Below, in pieces: positions 39,184-49,617 of a DNA stretch of 64,000 nucleotides. This DNA comes from Myxococcota bacterium (GTDB taxonomy: Bacteria > Myxococcota_A > SURF-8). The stretch is taken from contig CAXXQS010000002.1 of the NCBI GenBank assembly GCA_963674735.2, positions 64,001 to 128,000 on the forward strand, read 5' to 3'. The position numbers and the translations under genes were made by a program. Under the pieces are notes generated by a model. That model was given only the letters and a program-made list of their open reading frames with translations. It had not been told where the DNA came from and did not search any database. The stretch's first letter is position 1. Each line of letters begins with the position of its first letter.

Positions 39184-41544
39184 TCAACGAAGCGGGCCTT
39201 CGCTTCGGTTTTTCTTGCGCCATTGAACCAAGCGCCACAAGGCGGCTTTGGGGCCTTTCAACGCCATCTCGATTTGGTAGATCGGGGCCTGTTCCGTCGC
39301 CCAATCGGCCTTCCAGTCCGAGCCTTCCCCGCCCATTTCCACCAGACGGTCACCCGCTTCGTGGCAGTCGGAAAGGAAGCGATGAATCACCAGTTGGCCG
39401 ACGCCGAAGCGGGAAAACTCCCGGTCGTACACCGTCAGCAGGCCATATGTACGCCCCCCGGCGACGATCCCCGCCGAACCGGCCACGGCGCGTCCTTCGA
39501 TGCGCAGCAGCGTCAGGTGCAACCAGCCACGTTCCGCCCAATGCCGGGCCGCCTCGCGGTAATGCTTCATCACGCGTTCGGCCTGCCCCTCGCTCTGCTT
39601 GTCCGCCTCTTCAACCTGCCAGCTCTTGCCCCGCAACGCCTCGAATTCGTCCCATAAAGACGCCATCTCGGGATGATCCAAAGGCTTCCCGCGAAGGCTG
39701 ACGAATTCCGGCGTTTCTTCCCGTTCACGTTCGATACGGCGCAAACGATAGCGCAAAGACTTTCTTATATTGCGGCTCAAACCCTTGAAATAATTTTCAA
39801 AATCGTCATCGAAGCGCGCGCGCTGACTTTGGGTGAACACGCGCATTTGATATGAAATGCCGCGCCGTGAAAGCTCGCGCATCCAAGCCTCCGCCCGTTC
39901 GCCATCCAGCCGATAGCTGTTCAGCATGTCCGCGCCGGTTCGTTGGGCGATGGTAGGGAGCGCGTCGGCCATGGCGTGACAAGCCAGTGTTTCCAGATCG
40001 CAATCCGCCAAAAACGGAACGATGCCCATGGACATGCCATCCAGACTGCGCAGAGTCTTCATGTTCAGGCCGCCGCGTTTGACCGTTTCCTCGCGCCAGA
40101 TTGCGGCAGCCAGCATCCCGCGCTGTCGTCCGGCAGGCATCGGCAACGCCACATACCAGCAACGGGTTCCATTCAGAAACGTTTTCCAGAGGCTGAACGC
40201 GTGTTCCCATAGATGCCAGGGATTGGGTCGGCTGTGTTTTTCAAGTCCTTCGAAATCCTTGCGAACGGCCAGCCAGTCGGCCTCCGTTTCGAGCGCCTGC
40301 ACCACCAGACCGCGATCCAAGCGGTCGGCCTCGGCTTGCGGATCCGGCTTGTGGGGCTTGTCTTCGCCGGAGGTCGCTTGCTTGAATTCATTCCGGTTAT
40401 GGACGCGGTGTAAACGCTCCAACGGAATCCCATCGATCGGATTGCGACACCATTGGCGCAGGTTCCACAGACGTCCTTTGACTCCTGTAAGCCCGGCCTC
40501 GATCATCAAGACCGGTTCCTCATGCGTGGACCAGCGACGCTTCCAGGCAATCGCTTCCCCACCGAAATCGAGCGCACGGTCTCCTCGCTCGGAGCTATCG
40601 AGAATCATCCGCAACAGGTTGCTGGACCCCACTCCGTAATCTTCGAACTCGCGATCGAAAAAGGTTTGCAACAGCCAGACATAACCGTCGACGGCCAGGT
40701 TGAGATAGACCGCCGCCAGTTTGTCCCCCAACAGATAGGCGCACAGATCCAGCCAGCCCTTTCGGCTCCATGATTCCAGCGCTTTTTCCATGTACAGGCA
40801 GGATGGATCCGCGTGCACGGTGCCCAGGCGGGTCTGGTATTGGGTTTGCCAGGACGCCTCATGCAGACGGTTGAACTGTTCCCACAGACCGCTGTCTTTC
40901 AAGGTCGTCATCACATCGCCCCGGTGGCGGACGAACCGCGCCTCCAGCGCCAACTCGCTTTGCAGTTTTTTCTCGAAACGCCGCATGTTCTGACGGCGCT
41001 TTTTGATATTGGTTTTCTCCACCCAGCGGGCGACCTCGATCACCTGTGAAAAGCTGATGCTGCGCTGGGAATGGATCCGTCCGGCCGCTTGCAAAGCGGC
41101 GATATAGCCTTCGCCATCACGGCGCATGACCTGGGAATGACACAGCAAATGGCAGCCGGTCACCCTTCCCAGTTCGGGCAGACATTCGGCCAGCCGTTCG
41201 GCGGCCTCATTCTCCCGACCCGCCACCGCCCAGACCGGCGGCAGACTGCCGCTGAGCCAGTCCAACGAGCGCAACACGGCCATATGGCCCAGTTTGGAGG
41301 CCCGCCTGTCGCAGCGATAAACGCAAGCGGCAAAGGGAACGCCTTGATCCTTGAACAGCAGCAACCAGAAGGGGTCGTGGGGAAAAGCCAGTTCGCGGAC
41401 AAGTTTCACGTGCTTCCAACTCGTCCAGGGCTGTGGCGGCATCTGTGTTTCCAGTTGCAGCAACCGCTCTCGGCACACACGCCAATCCGCCTCGCTCTCA
41501 AGCGCTCGAATCTCCAAATCGTGACGATTGACCCGTTCCGACAT
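39184..41544 (-). CDS. Tandem-duplicated GNAT (CelD/BcsL-like, Acetyltransf_6) protein
   Basis: Two roughly 380-aa halves, each starting ALE(S/T)EADW and ending DREF...GVG...GDR....GGE...WK..W. Confidence 0.85.
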   Translation of the reverse strand: MSERVNRHDLEIRALESEADWRVCRERLLQLETQMPPQPWTSWKHVKLVRELAFPHDPFWLLLFKDQGVPFAACVYRCDRRASKLGHMAVLRSLDWLSGSLPPVWAVAGRENEAAERLAECLPELGRVTGCHLLCHSQVMRRDGEGYIAALQAAGRIHSQRSISFSQVIEVARWVEKTNIKKRRQNMRRFEKKLQSELALEARFVRHRGDVMTTLKDSGLWEQFNRLHEASWQTQYQTRLGTVHADPSCLYMEKALESWSRKGWLDLCAYLLGDKLAAVYLNLAVDGYVWLLQTFFDREFEDYGVGSSNLLRMILDSSERGDRALDFGGEAIAWKRRWSTHEEPVLMIEAGLTGVKGRLWNLRQWCRNPIDGIPLERLHRVHNRNEFKQATSGEDKPHKPDPQAEADRLDRGLVVQALETEADWLAVRKDFEGLEKHSRPNPWHLWEHAFSLWKTFLNGTRCWYVALPMPAGRQRGMLAAAIWREETVKRGGLNMKTLRSLDGMSMGIVPFLADCDLETLACHAMADALPTIAQRTGADMLNSYRLDGERAEAWMRELSRRGISYQMRVFTQSQRARFDDDFENYFKGLSRNIRKSLRYRLRRIEREREETPEFVSLRGKPLDHPEMASLWDEFEALRGKSWQVEEADKQSEGQAERVMKHYREAARHWAERGWLHLTLLRIEGRAVAGSAGIVAGGRTYGLLTVYDREFSRFGVGQLVIHRFLSDCHEAGDRLVEMGGEGSDWKADWATEQAPIYQIEMALKGPKAALWRLVQWRKKNRSEGPLR

Positions 41545-41591
41545 GATTATCCTGTTCGTTAATCCCTTCCAATCCCCTAAAGGCGGCTGCT

Positions 41592-43235
41592 TTAGAGAAA
41601 CCGCCGTTGCACGCGTTTCAGCATGCGACCGGCCTGCAGCCGTTCATCTTTGGGGGCGGAAAATCCGAAATAGAGAAGCATATAAATCACGCCCCCGACG
41701 ACGCCGGCCAGAACCGAGGCCACCAGCCACATGCGTCCGGCGGCCCACTGCCGGGTTATCAAGCCATTGAGTCCGAAACCAACCGCCATGCTGACCACAA
41801 ACGGAATCAGGTGGGGCCAGTAAGCCAGGCGCACCCAGCGATCCAGGCGCACGTCCAGCTTGATGCACAAGCGCAACAAGAACAGGGGAAGCATGAGAAA
41901 CAGATTGACGGACAATCCGGCGGCCGCGACTCCGGCCGGTCCCCACAACTCGCCGCATGAAAAGGCCAGCGGCAAATAGACGGCCATCAGGCCCATGGAG
42001 GTCAAGTTGCTCCAACGATGGTCGCCCGAAAGCGCCAGGGTATTCGCAGTGGTCATGGTCGGCGCGTTGAGAAAGGTTCCCAAAGCCAGAATCAACAGCG
42101 GCAGCTCGGCCATGGGGGCCATTTCGCCCCCCACCCATCCGACCAAAAAGGTGCCGCCCAGCGGAATCGCCATCGCGGCCAGAGGTCCGCTCAGCAGCAT
42201 GGCGCGTCGACCGAGTGTGAGGGTCAACCAGCCCGCCTCCAAACGTTGTTCGTCCGATCCGGCCGCCAACTTGGCCACCTTGGGCCCCCCGGCAAAGGTC
42301 ACCTGCGCCGCCAGTTCGGCGCTGATGGCGGTCAGGCGGGCCGCCAATCCGAAACCGCCGGTGGCGATCAATCCGGAGGTGACCTGCACGATCAAGACGC
42401 TGGCCCGCTGTAAAATCACCGTAACTACCTGCCCGAGCCAGGCGAACATGGCGAATTCCAACAGGTTGGGAATCAGGCTGCGGTCGAAATATTTCAGACG
42501 ATAGGACGAGAGCGGGATAACGGCCCGCGCCATGATCAGATAAAGGGCGTGTTCGACCAACATCGTCGCCAGATAGGCCAGCGCCAAGCCTTCCAGTCCC
42601 CAACCCGCCAGAAGCGTCGCCAAACCGGTTCCAAAGTACAAAAGATTGGAAAAGCCCTGGGTGAAATGCGCCCTGGCCATGTAACGTTGCGAAATCAGAA
42701 CCGAACTGAAATTGCGCAACGGAACCGACAGGGCCAGCCGCCATACGAAAATCCCCACCACCAGCCCGGCCTCCGCGCGGATGCGCTCGGGGACGTCCAA
42801 AAGCACCCCGATGGGGCCGGAAAGCGGCAATCCCACGATCAACACCAACAAGCCGACAGCCACCGTCACCCAGAAAGAGGTGCAGGCCATTCGACGCATC
42901 ATGTCGGGATCACTACGAAAATCGATGGAAGAAAGGTGGCGGTTGGTGCTTTGCACGAGCCCGAGTTCGAAAAAACTCAAAATGCCCATAACGGCCATCG
43001 CCAGCGTCCAGACTCCGTAACGCTCTTCCCCGACATAGCCGATAATGATGGGAACCAGCACCATCATGGCCGCCAGTTGCGAACCCATCCGGAAAATCCC
43101 GGTGACCGCGTGCAGCGTCAGCCAATGATCCGAAACGGATTTCGGCGACTCGTTTTCGGGTGTCGGCTCGGCGGCCGGATCCGGCTGTTCGGTCGGTTGA
43201 GCGGGGGGCGGTGTATCGTTATTTGAATGAGTCAT
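41592..43235 (-). CDS. Wzx-type oligosaccharide flippase
   Basis: About 12-14 TMs; G.ERYGVW.L...FFELGL signature; polysaccharide locus context. Confidence 0.88.
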   Translation of the reverse strand: MTHSNNDTPPPAQPTEQPDPAAEPTPENESPKSVSDHWLTLHAVTGIFRMGSQLAAMMVLVPIIIGYVGEERYGVWTLAMAVMGILSFFELGLVQSTNRHLSSIDFRSDPDMMRRMACTSFWVTVAVGLLVLIVGLPLSGPIGVLLDVPERIRAEAGLVVGIFVWRLALSVPLRNFSSVLISQRYMARAHFTQGFSNLLYFGTGLATLLAGWGLEGLALAYLATMLVEHALYLIMARAVIPLSSYRLKYFDRSLIPNLLEFAMFAWLGQVVTVILQRASVLIVQVTSGLIATGGFGLAARLTAISAELAAQVTFAGGPKVAKLAAGSDEQRLEAGWLTLTLGRRAMLLSGPLAAMAIPLGGTFLVGWVGGEMAPMAELPLLILALGTFLNAPTMTTANTLALSGDHRWSNLTSMGLMAVYLPLAFSCGELWGPAGVAAAGLSVNLFLMLPLFLLRLCIKLDVRLDRWVRLAYWPHLIPFVVSMAVGFGLNGLITRQWAAGRMWLVASVLAGVVGGVIYMLLYFGFSAPKDERLQAGRMLKRVQRRFL

Positions 43236-43351
43236 CTTTTTCCCGGCATTGCTCGAAACTCATGATGCATTTTCGGAACCTGCGAATGTCTGAGCCTCTG
43301 AAGCGCCCCTCCTATTCCTGCAATTCCATGGCGCGTCTTTGGCGGTTGCAC

Positions 43352-45370
43352 TCAGTCGGACGAAGCACCCAAGGACTCCAGAATCCGTTTTAAGGAGCCG
43401 GACAGCCAATGTTCGCGGCAGGTCAACCGACGAAGAAAGCCCATCTTCCAGTAGCTCTGCAAATAGACCCGTCGCAAGCGCTTGACATTCAGACTTTCAC
43501 GCCAAGCGGGCGGACGGGCAAAATACCCGGATTCTTCAACATGATCAAATGAATCGACATGCTGCAGGTCGCCGATCTTGACCGCATCGAGACAACTGGG
43601 CTGCGCCACCACTTGACGCACGGCCGCGAAAGCCAATTCCGGCGATAGAGCCAACCAGGGATAATCCCGCCGGACTTCCAGGAAATCCGTCATGAAATCC
43701 AACGCACCGGTCTGCACGTCTTCGGCCAGTCGATTCTGTTGCGGAATGAAATTCGGTTCGAAGTCGGGCTGAACCTCGCCCTCCACATCGCGGTATCCCC
43801 GCACGCTTCCATGAGGAGCCGTATGCAGAAATTCGTAAAACGGCACGCATTGCAAAATGGCCTGATGGTGGGTGGGAGGTTCGCTGAACTGACAAAGAAA
43901 GCCCTTCATCCGATCGCTTCGCTGACCCAGCCGAAGCGCTTCGGCAAAGGTCGCCAGGTAGTAACCGGAGATGAGGGTGGGCCAGTTCAAACGGGCGAGC
44001 AAGCGATCCAAGGTATATTGCATACTCCCCTGCCAGCCGATATCCACCAGGGCCACTTTTCCACCCACCTCGAATTCCAGTTCCTTAAGATAGGTCAGCA
44101 GCCGTATTCGCTGTTTTTCCACCGCTTCCAGAATCGGTTCTTTGAGCAGGTGCACGAGGTGCCGCAAGGCCGCTTCGGAGCGCAAAGGCCGCAGCAGTTC
44201 CGTCGGACCCGCGAACCCGGCCTTGCGAATCTCGTCCCCGTAACGCCCGGCATCGAGACCCAACCGCCCCAACAGATGCCGCACCTGGATGGCGTGCGAT
44301 TGCCGCAGGAAGAAGTCGAGTTCGCCGTTGTCGAAATTTTCGAGCGCGGCAAAACGCAAGGCCCGGCGTGACGCGTAGAGATAGGCGGACGGCGGCAGCT
44401 CGCGGTGACTCTCCCGCAGGCGCTGGTAAGCCTTTTCCATGATATAGCCATCGCGGGAGAGAAAATAGACCTTGCGAATCCCGTCTTTTTTCACGGCGTC
44501 GGCCAGCCACAAGGCGAATCCGGTATAGAGCGGACCGACATTTGCGTACCCGAGACGATACCAGTAATCCTCCTCGACTCGCCGCTTGTTCATCGGGCGC
44601 GCCGCCAGAAGCGAGTTGGTTACCAAGCCTTTCACCACCCCGCTTTCGGCCGTCCCGGCGTCCCATTCACCCACGTCCGGCAGGTACGTTTCCGCGAGCA
44701 AAGCCGGACGTTTGTAGTGGTAGGTCCGCAAGCCCCGGCGACGCGCCATCTTGATATCCGACAGCCAATCATCGCCGATGTGCAAAACCCGTTTGGGCGC
44801 TGCATCGATCTGCTGGCACACATGTTTGAAGAGATCGCCTTCACGTTTACGCAAGCCGACTTCGTTCGAAACGAACAGGTGCCGATAACGGGTGTACCCG
44901 CTCCGGTCCAGCATCTGGGCCAGAACGTCTTCCGGCAGATACATATCGGAAATAAAGAGAACGATTTTTCCGCGCGCCAGTGCCAGACGATACGCTTCGT
45001 GAATGAAAGGATTGCGGGTGGCGAGGTTGAGCTCGACCCCGATTTCGATTTCCATCAGTTGCCGGGCCACCGACGGACCGATTTCCGGCCGATTTTCCAG
45101 CTCTTTGTAGATATCGGTCAATGACAGGAAAGCCAATCTCCCGCTTTGTTCCAAACGATGGCGCGCGTCCCGCTCTGCCTCCGAACGCAGATCGACGAAG
45201 TCGAAATCCGGGCGTCCCAGCCGCAAACGGGCCTCGATTTCCACGATCGCGAAAACATCGTGCGGCGAACCGACCTTGCGCAGAATGGCCGTATCGAAAA
45301 TGTCGAAAGACACCCAGCGGGCCGCTTCAATGGCGCGAGTCAAGATGGGGTCATGTAGGGCCGATTCCAT
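43352..45370 (-). CDS. HAD-superfamily hydrolase of polysaccharide loci
   Basis: SFDIFDT, ISDMYL, HIGDDWLSD, FLSRDG, VDIGWQGS; ATG 45370 with RBS. Confidence 0.88.
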   Translation of the reverse strand: MESALHDPILTRAIEAARWVSFDIFDTAILRKVGSPHDVFAIVEIEARLRLGRPDFDFVDLRSEAERDARHRLEQSGRLAFLSLTDIYKELENRPEIGPSVARQLMEIEIGVELNLATRNPFIHEAYRLALARGKIVLFISDMYLPEDVLAQMLDRSGYTRYRHLFVSNEVGLRKREGDLFKHVCQQIDAAPKRVLHIGDDWLSDIKMARRRGLRTYHYKRPALLAETYLPDVGEWDAGTAESGVVKGLVTNSLLAARPMNKRRVEEDYWYRLGYANVGPLYTGFALWLADAVKKDGIRKVYFLSRDGYIMEKAYQRLRESHRELPPSAYLYASRRALRFAALENFDNGELDFFLRQSHAIQVRHLLGRLGLDAGRYGDEIRKAGFAGPTELLRPLRSEAALRHLVHLLKEPILEAVEKQRIRLLTYLKELEFEVGGKVALVDIGWQGSMQYTLDRLLARLNWPTLISGYYLATFAEALRLGQRSDRMKGFLCQFSEPPTHHQAILQCVPFYEFLHTAPHGSVRGYRDVEGEVQPDFEPNFIPQQNRLAEDVQTGALDFMTDFLEVRRDYPWLALSPELAFAAVRQVVAQPSCLDAVKIGDLQHVDSFDHVEESGYFARPPAWRESLNVKRLRRVYLQSYWKMGFLRRLTCREHWLSGSLKRILESLGASSD

Positions 45371-45394
45371 CAAGTTCCTTCCAAACAAACGAGC

Positions 45395-46636
45395 TTAATT
45401 CACCTTTTCCATCACGTAACGCCCAACCACCAGCGCCTGCAGCACAACCCAGAGCCAATAGAGGCGTTTGTTTTGAATGCGATCGGCCAAAGCCAGCCAC
45501 AAAACCGGCACCACCGCCAGATAATAGCGTTCCCATACATGCGGAACAAACAGCAGAATGCCCACATGCGCCAGCGCGATCAGCACATAGCGCTGACGGA
45601 TATGGCTGACGAAGAACCAGGCGATGCCGAAACCCGCCCACCAGGCGACGGTTTGCACGATGTGCAAACCCAGCACCGGAATCCCGATCTGTTTCAGCAT
45701 CAACAGGGCTTTGGGAATCACGCCGGTTACCGTATTACCGGCCAGCCCCACCGCCGCCGGATCCGCCATGTAAAGCGGTCCGGCCAGCATGTGCAGGGCC
45801 AGAAACGCGCCCAGCAACAACCACCATTTGGGCAGGTTGGTCAGGTTGTCGAGAAAGACCGGTAGAAACCACAAACCCAGGAAAATGAAAGCGAAATCCA
45901 CCTGCATCAGGTTGAGGCCGCGACTGGCGTTCCCGGCATAACCCGGCGGCGTCGTTCCGCCCCAAACCCAAATTAAAACCGCCAGCGCCGCCAACGGCAG
46001 TACGACGGCCACCCCACGCAGCCAGACACGTTTATGCGACCGGCGCGATCCGAACCGCTCCAAGAGAAAAGAAGCGGCAATCCCGACGGCGTAAGACAGG
46101 TAAAACTGGCGGCTCCAGATGGCCAGCGCCGCCGCAGCTGCATAAACCCCGAGCCACAGCGCCGAGGCACGTTCATCGCGAGAACGATCATAGGCAACCA
46201 GCGCCAGAAGTCCAAAAAAGAATGCGGGAACAAGGGTATAGAGAGAAAAAGCGCGCGCGATGAAATAGGGTTGCAGCACCATGAGCAAGAACAACAACGT
46301 GCGCCGATCCGGGGTTTCGCGCCGTGCAAGCAGCGCCAGCAACAGCACGCAAGCCGAGGCCAACAGAAGAGTCAGGAGTCGAAAGGCTACCAGGGAATCC
46401 CCGACCCACTTGCCCCAGCCCGCCCATAACCAATAGGGCACCGGTCCCGACGCCGACTCATAGCCGCTTAACGGCATACTCGGCCAATCTTTCATAAACA
46501 ACCGGATACTCGGCAAGTGATGGTGGATTTCGTCGTAATCGACCGGCTGATCCAGCCCGGTCCACCACGCCATGGCCGCCAGCAAGGCTATCAGCAAAAC
46601 CGCGGCCGCGATATGTACAAAACGTCCCCGCATCAT
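45395..46636 (-). CDS. GT-C-fold integral membrane glycosyltransferase (ALG10/PMT-like)
   Basis: YDEIHHH in the first loop, FRLL, RQ motif, ERYY; about 11 TMs. Confidence 0.7.
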   Translation of the reverse strand: MMRGRFVHIAAAVLLIALLAAMAWWTGLDQPVDYDEIHHHLPSIRLFMKDWPSMPLSGYESASGPVPYWLWAGWGKWVGDSLVAFRLLTLLLASACVLLLALLARRETPDRRTLLFLLMVLQPYFIARAFSLYTLVPAFFFGLLALVAYDRSRDERASALWLGVYAAAAALAIWSRQFYLSYAVGIAASFLLERFGSRRSHKRVWLRGVAVVLPLAALAVLIWVWGGTTPPGYAGNASRGLNLMQVDFAFIFLGLWFLPVFLDNLTNLPKWWLLLGAFLALHMLAGPLYMADPAAVGLAGNTVTGVIPKALLMLKQIGIPVLGLHIVQTVAWWAGFGIAWFFVSHIRQRYVLIALAHVGILLFVPHVWERYYLAVVPVLWLALADRIQNKRLYWLWVVLQALVVGRYVMEKVN

Positions 46637-46674
46637 TCTTCACCGAAACTCCTGAAAACACGTGAGAATATAGT

Positions 46675-46703
46675 ATTTTAGCGCATATAGCGTCCGTCGT
46701 CAA
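46675..46703 (-). promoter_or_regulatory. Putative sigma70 promoter of the 46636-39184 operon
   Basis: Minus strand TTGACG-17 bp-TAAAAT. Confidence 0.6.
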
Positions 46704-46901
46704 CTTCCAGTCAAACCTTGCGTTTGGCCGATTAGAAGGTTTTCGCAGGCTTTCTGTTCCACCATTTACTCCCTTTTCGTCGAAAAGCCCGACATAAAAT
46801 CGGAATCTGCGCTATCCTATATCGCAACAACCAATCAGGGTAATGGGACATGACGTTGAGCCAGCAGGGCAATCAACCGGCATAACGACAGGGTAAACGC
46901 G

Positions 46902-49496
46902 ATGAAACGACCTCAAGATAGTCTCTGGGTATTCCAATCGGGCTTCTCTTTTCTCGTCCTTGTTCTCGCCCTCATCGGACTCCCTCAACCCCTCGCCGCT
47001 CAGAACGACTTACCGCAGCTGGCGCCGTTGGGAGGGCCGCAAGCCCTGTCGGCGAAGGTCGAAAGTACCACTTCCAGCAGCGTGAAACTATCCTGGGACG
47101 CGATCGCCGACGCACGCGAAATCCGGGTTTCGTTCGGGCCCGAACCTTCCGATATGCCCAACACGGCCCTGCCGCTGGCGAGCAAACCGCAGAAGCTTGG
47201 CGGCCGCACCACCCAGATGACGTTGACCGGACTGGCGGCGGCCGTCGATGTGTTCATTCGCATCGAAGCCGACACCCCCAAGGGCGTCAAGTCGGCCAAC
47301 CTGCATGCGCGCACCCTGGGCGGACCCCGCGCGAAATTGGACAACGCCCTGCGCGAAGCGCACCTGATGGGGCCCTCCATTTTGATGCTGACCCTGGCCA
47401 ACGGAAAAGGCGAAAGCTGGCAAAAGGCAAACTGGTCGCTCACCCGTCTGGACGGCCGCCCCCTGCCGATTCGCCAAATCCATCGCCGCTCGATCCCGGT
47501 CGGCGCGCCCGGCTACCAGATCGGTCCCAATAAACCCACCGATGACGCACGCATGGATGTGGACCACCAGCTTTTTTTCATGCTGAGCGAGCCGGTGGGT
47601 GAAAAGGACATCCTGACGATCAAAGGTCCGCAAGGCTTACGGATTACCCTGCCCTTCTCCGACCGCTACCTGGAAACACCGGTTATCCAGGTCAACCAGG
47701 TGGGCTACAATCCGCGCGCCAAACAACGTTATGCCTATGTTTACGGGTATCTGGGCGATGGCGGGAAACTGTCGCTGAACGACTTCCCGGCGGTGGCCGA
47801 GGTGCTGGCGGAAGGAGCCAACCCCTTGTTTCCGCGCCAAGCCACACTGTCGGGCGCGCCCATCCGCCACCGCGCCACCAACGACTGGGACGCCGGAGGC
47901 GACGTCCGCGAGATCGACCTGCACAACGTCCCGGCCGCCGAGACCGTCCGCTATCGGATCCGCATTCCGGGTATCGGCGTTTCCTGGCCTACGGCTGTCA
48001 GTGAGTTGGCCGTCTTCAAAGCCTTCTACATCGCCGCACGCGGACTCTTTCACAATCGCTGGGGCGCGGAACTGACCCCCGAGGCCACCTTCTGGGCGCG
48101 TCCGGCCGCGCATACCGAGGCCTACACCGGCACGCAGACCGACTTTAACCGCATGCACCCGCCCAACACACCGAAAACCGGCAAACGACCGTTGACCGGC
48201 GGCTACCACGACGCCGGGGATTACGATCAGCGGCCGATGCACACGGTCATTCCCATGCTGCTGATGAGCGCCTACGAGCTGAATCCCTTCAAATTCACCG
48301 ACGGCCAGCTGACGCTCCCCGAAAGCGGCAACGGCATTCCCGATCTGCTGGACGAAGCCCTGTGGGGCGTCAAAGGCTGGGAGGCCCTGCAAGAACCCGA
48401 TGGCGGCGTGCGCATCGGCGTGGAATCCTACAAACACCCCTACGGAATCTATCTGGCCAACGAAGACCCGCTGCCTTACTGGACCTACGGCGTCCATCCC
48501 AACATCACCGCACGGGCGGCGGGACTCTTCGCCCAGGCGGCGCGTCTCCTGCGCAAATTCGATCCCCAACGAACGAAAGAGCTGACCGAGAAAGCGGTGA
48601 AGGCCTTCAATTACGCCCGACGCAATCAAGCGGCCCCGGCGGATATGCTGTACGCCACCGGCGAATTGCTGTTGCTTACCGGCCAGACGCCCTACCGCAG
48701 CGAATTCGATAAAGCCTGGACGACCATGGGGCCCTACGGCGCTTTCAACAAGCTGGCCCTGTTTCATCAACCGACCCCCAATGCCGTGGCGCACGCCATG
48801 GAAAACCGCAACGAGGCCTTCGCCCACGCGGATTACTTGACCGCCTACCTGGCTAGTCCCGCAGCCAGCCCCCACATCCGGGAGATCGTCCAACGCTGGA
48901 TGCCGCAGTTCATCAAGGGGATGATCGAGACGATTGCCAAGTCCCACGCCCACCGCAACGGACGGCGCTTCAAAGATCCCGTCACCTGGGGAAAAGGCGC
49001 CACCATGGGGCGTTACTCCGATACGGCCATCTTCGCCATGCGTTCCATCGGGATCGATTCGAAAACGAAACAGGATCTGTTCGACGCCATGAGCCTGAAC
49101 GCCGATTACATTCTCGGCTGCAATCCTCTGGGCATGGTGTTTTACACCGGACTCGGCAGTCGTCATCCCGAAGAACCGCTGCACCTCGATTCGTTGGCCT
49201 GGATCAAAAAAGGGAAAGGAGCGGTTCCGGGCATTCCCGTCTTCGGCCCGGTCGACGGTCCCCCGCGCGCACCCTGGTCCAAAGCGGCGGTGGATACGTT
49301 TTATCCGCCGATGCAGGAGCAACCGCTGGCGCTGCGCTACGGCGATGTGCGCACGCTGGTGCCCTGCAACGAATCGACGGTCTGGGGCGACTACGCGCCC
49401 AATATCAAGCTGTTTGCGGCGTTGATCAACTACAATATGAAGCCGCCCGATTCGTGGAAACCCGGTGGAGCCGATCAGGCCAACCCTCTCCCCTGA
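46902..49496 (+). CDS. Secreted glycoside hydrolase family 9 with CelD-type Ig domain
   Basis: Signal peptide; IQVNQVGY; GGYHDAGDY; PESGNGIPDLLDE; LGCNPLG..FYTGLG; C-terminal NEST. Confidence 0.88.
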   Translation: MKRPQDSLWVFQSGFSFLVLVLALIGLPQPLAAQNDLPQLAPLGGPQALSAKVESTTSSSVKLSWDAIADAREIRVSFGPEPSDMPNTALPLASKPQKLGGRTTQMTLTGLAAAVDVFIRIEADTPKGVKSANLHARTLGGPRAKLDNALREAHLMGPSILMLTLANGKGESWQKANWSLTRLDGRPLPIRQIHRRSIPVGAPGYQIGPNKPTDDARMDVDHQLFFMLSEPVGEKDILTIKGPQGLRITLPFSDRYLETPVIQVNQVGYNPRAKQRYAYVYGYLGDGGKLSLNDFPAVAEVLAEGANPLFPRQATLSGAPIRHRATNDWDAGGDVREIDLHNVPAAETVRYRIRIPGIGVSWPTAVSELAVFKAFYIAARGLFHNRWGAELTPEATFWARPAAHTEAYTGTQTDFNRMHPPNTPKTGKRPLTGGYHDAGDYDQRPMHTVIPMLLMSAYELNPFKFTDGQLTLPESGNGIPDLLDEALWGVKGWEALQEPDGGVRIGVESYKHPYGIYLANEDPLPYWTYGVHPNITARAAGLFAQAARLLRKFDPQRTKELTEKAVKAFNYARRNQAAPADMLYATGELLLLTGQTPYRSEFDKAWTTMGPYGAFNKLALFHQPTPNAVAHAMENRNEAFAHADYLTAYLASPAASPHIREIVQRWMPQFIKGMIETIAKSHAHRNGRRFKDPVTWGKGATMGRYSDTAIFAMRSIGIDSKTKQDLFDAMSLNADYILGCNPLGMVFYTGLGSRHPEEPLHLDSLAWIKKGKGAVPGIPVFGPVDGPPRAPWSKAAVDTFYPPMQEQPLALRYGDVRTLVPCNESTVWGDYAPNIKLFAALINYNMKPPDSWKPGGADQANPLP

Positions 49497-49617
49497 AACG
49501 GGCGACGCAAGCCGGTTGGCGCACGAGCGCAAGGTCTGCTAGGATAACGACGTTCGGAAGAAGGCGGCCGACACGCCGCTTTGATGGGAAAGTGAAAACA
49601 GGGAGCAGGTTGAGCGC

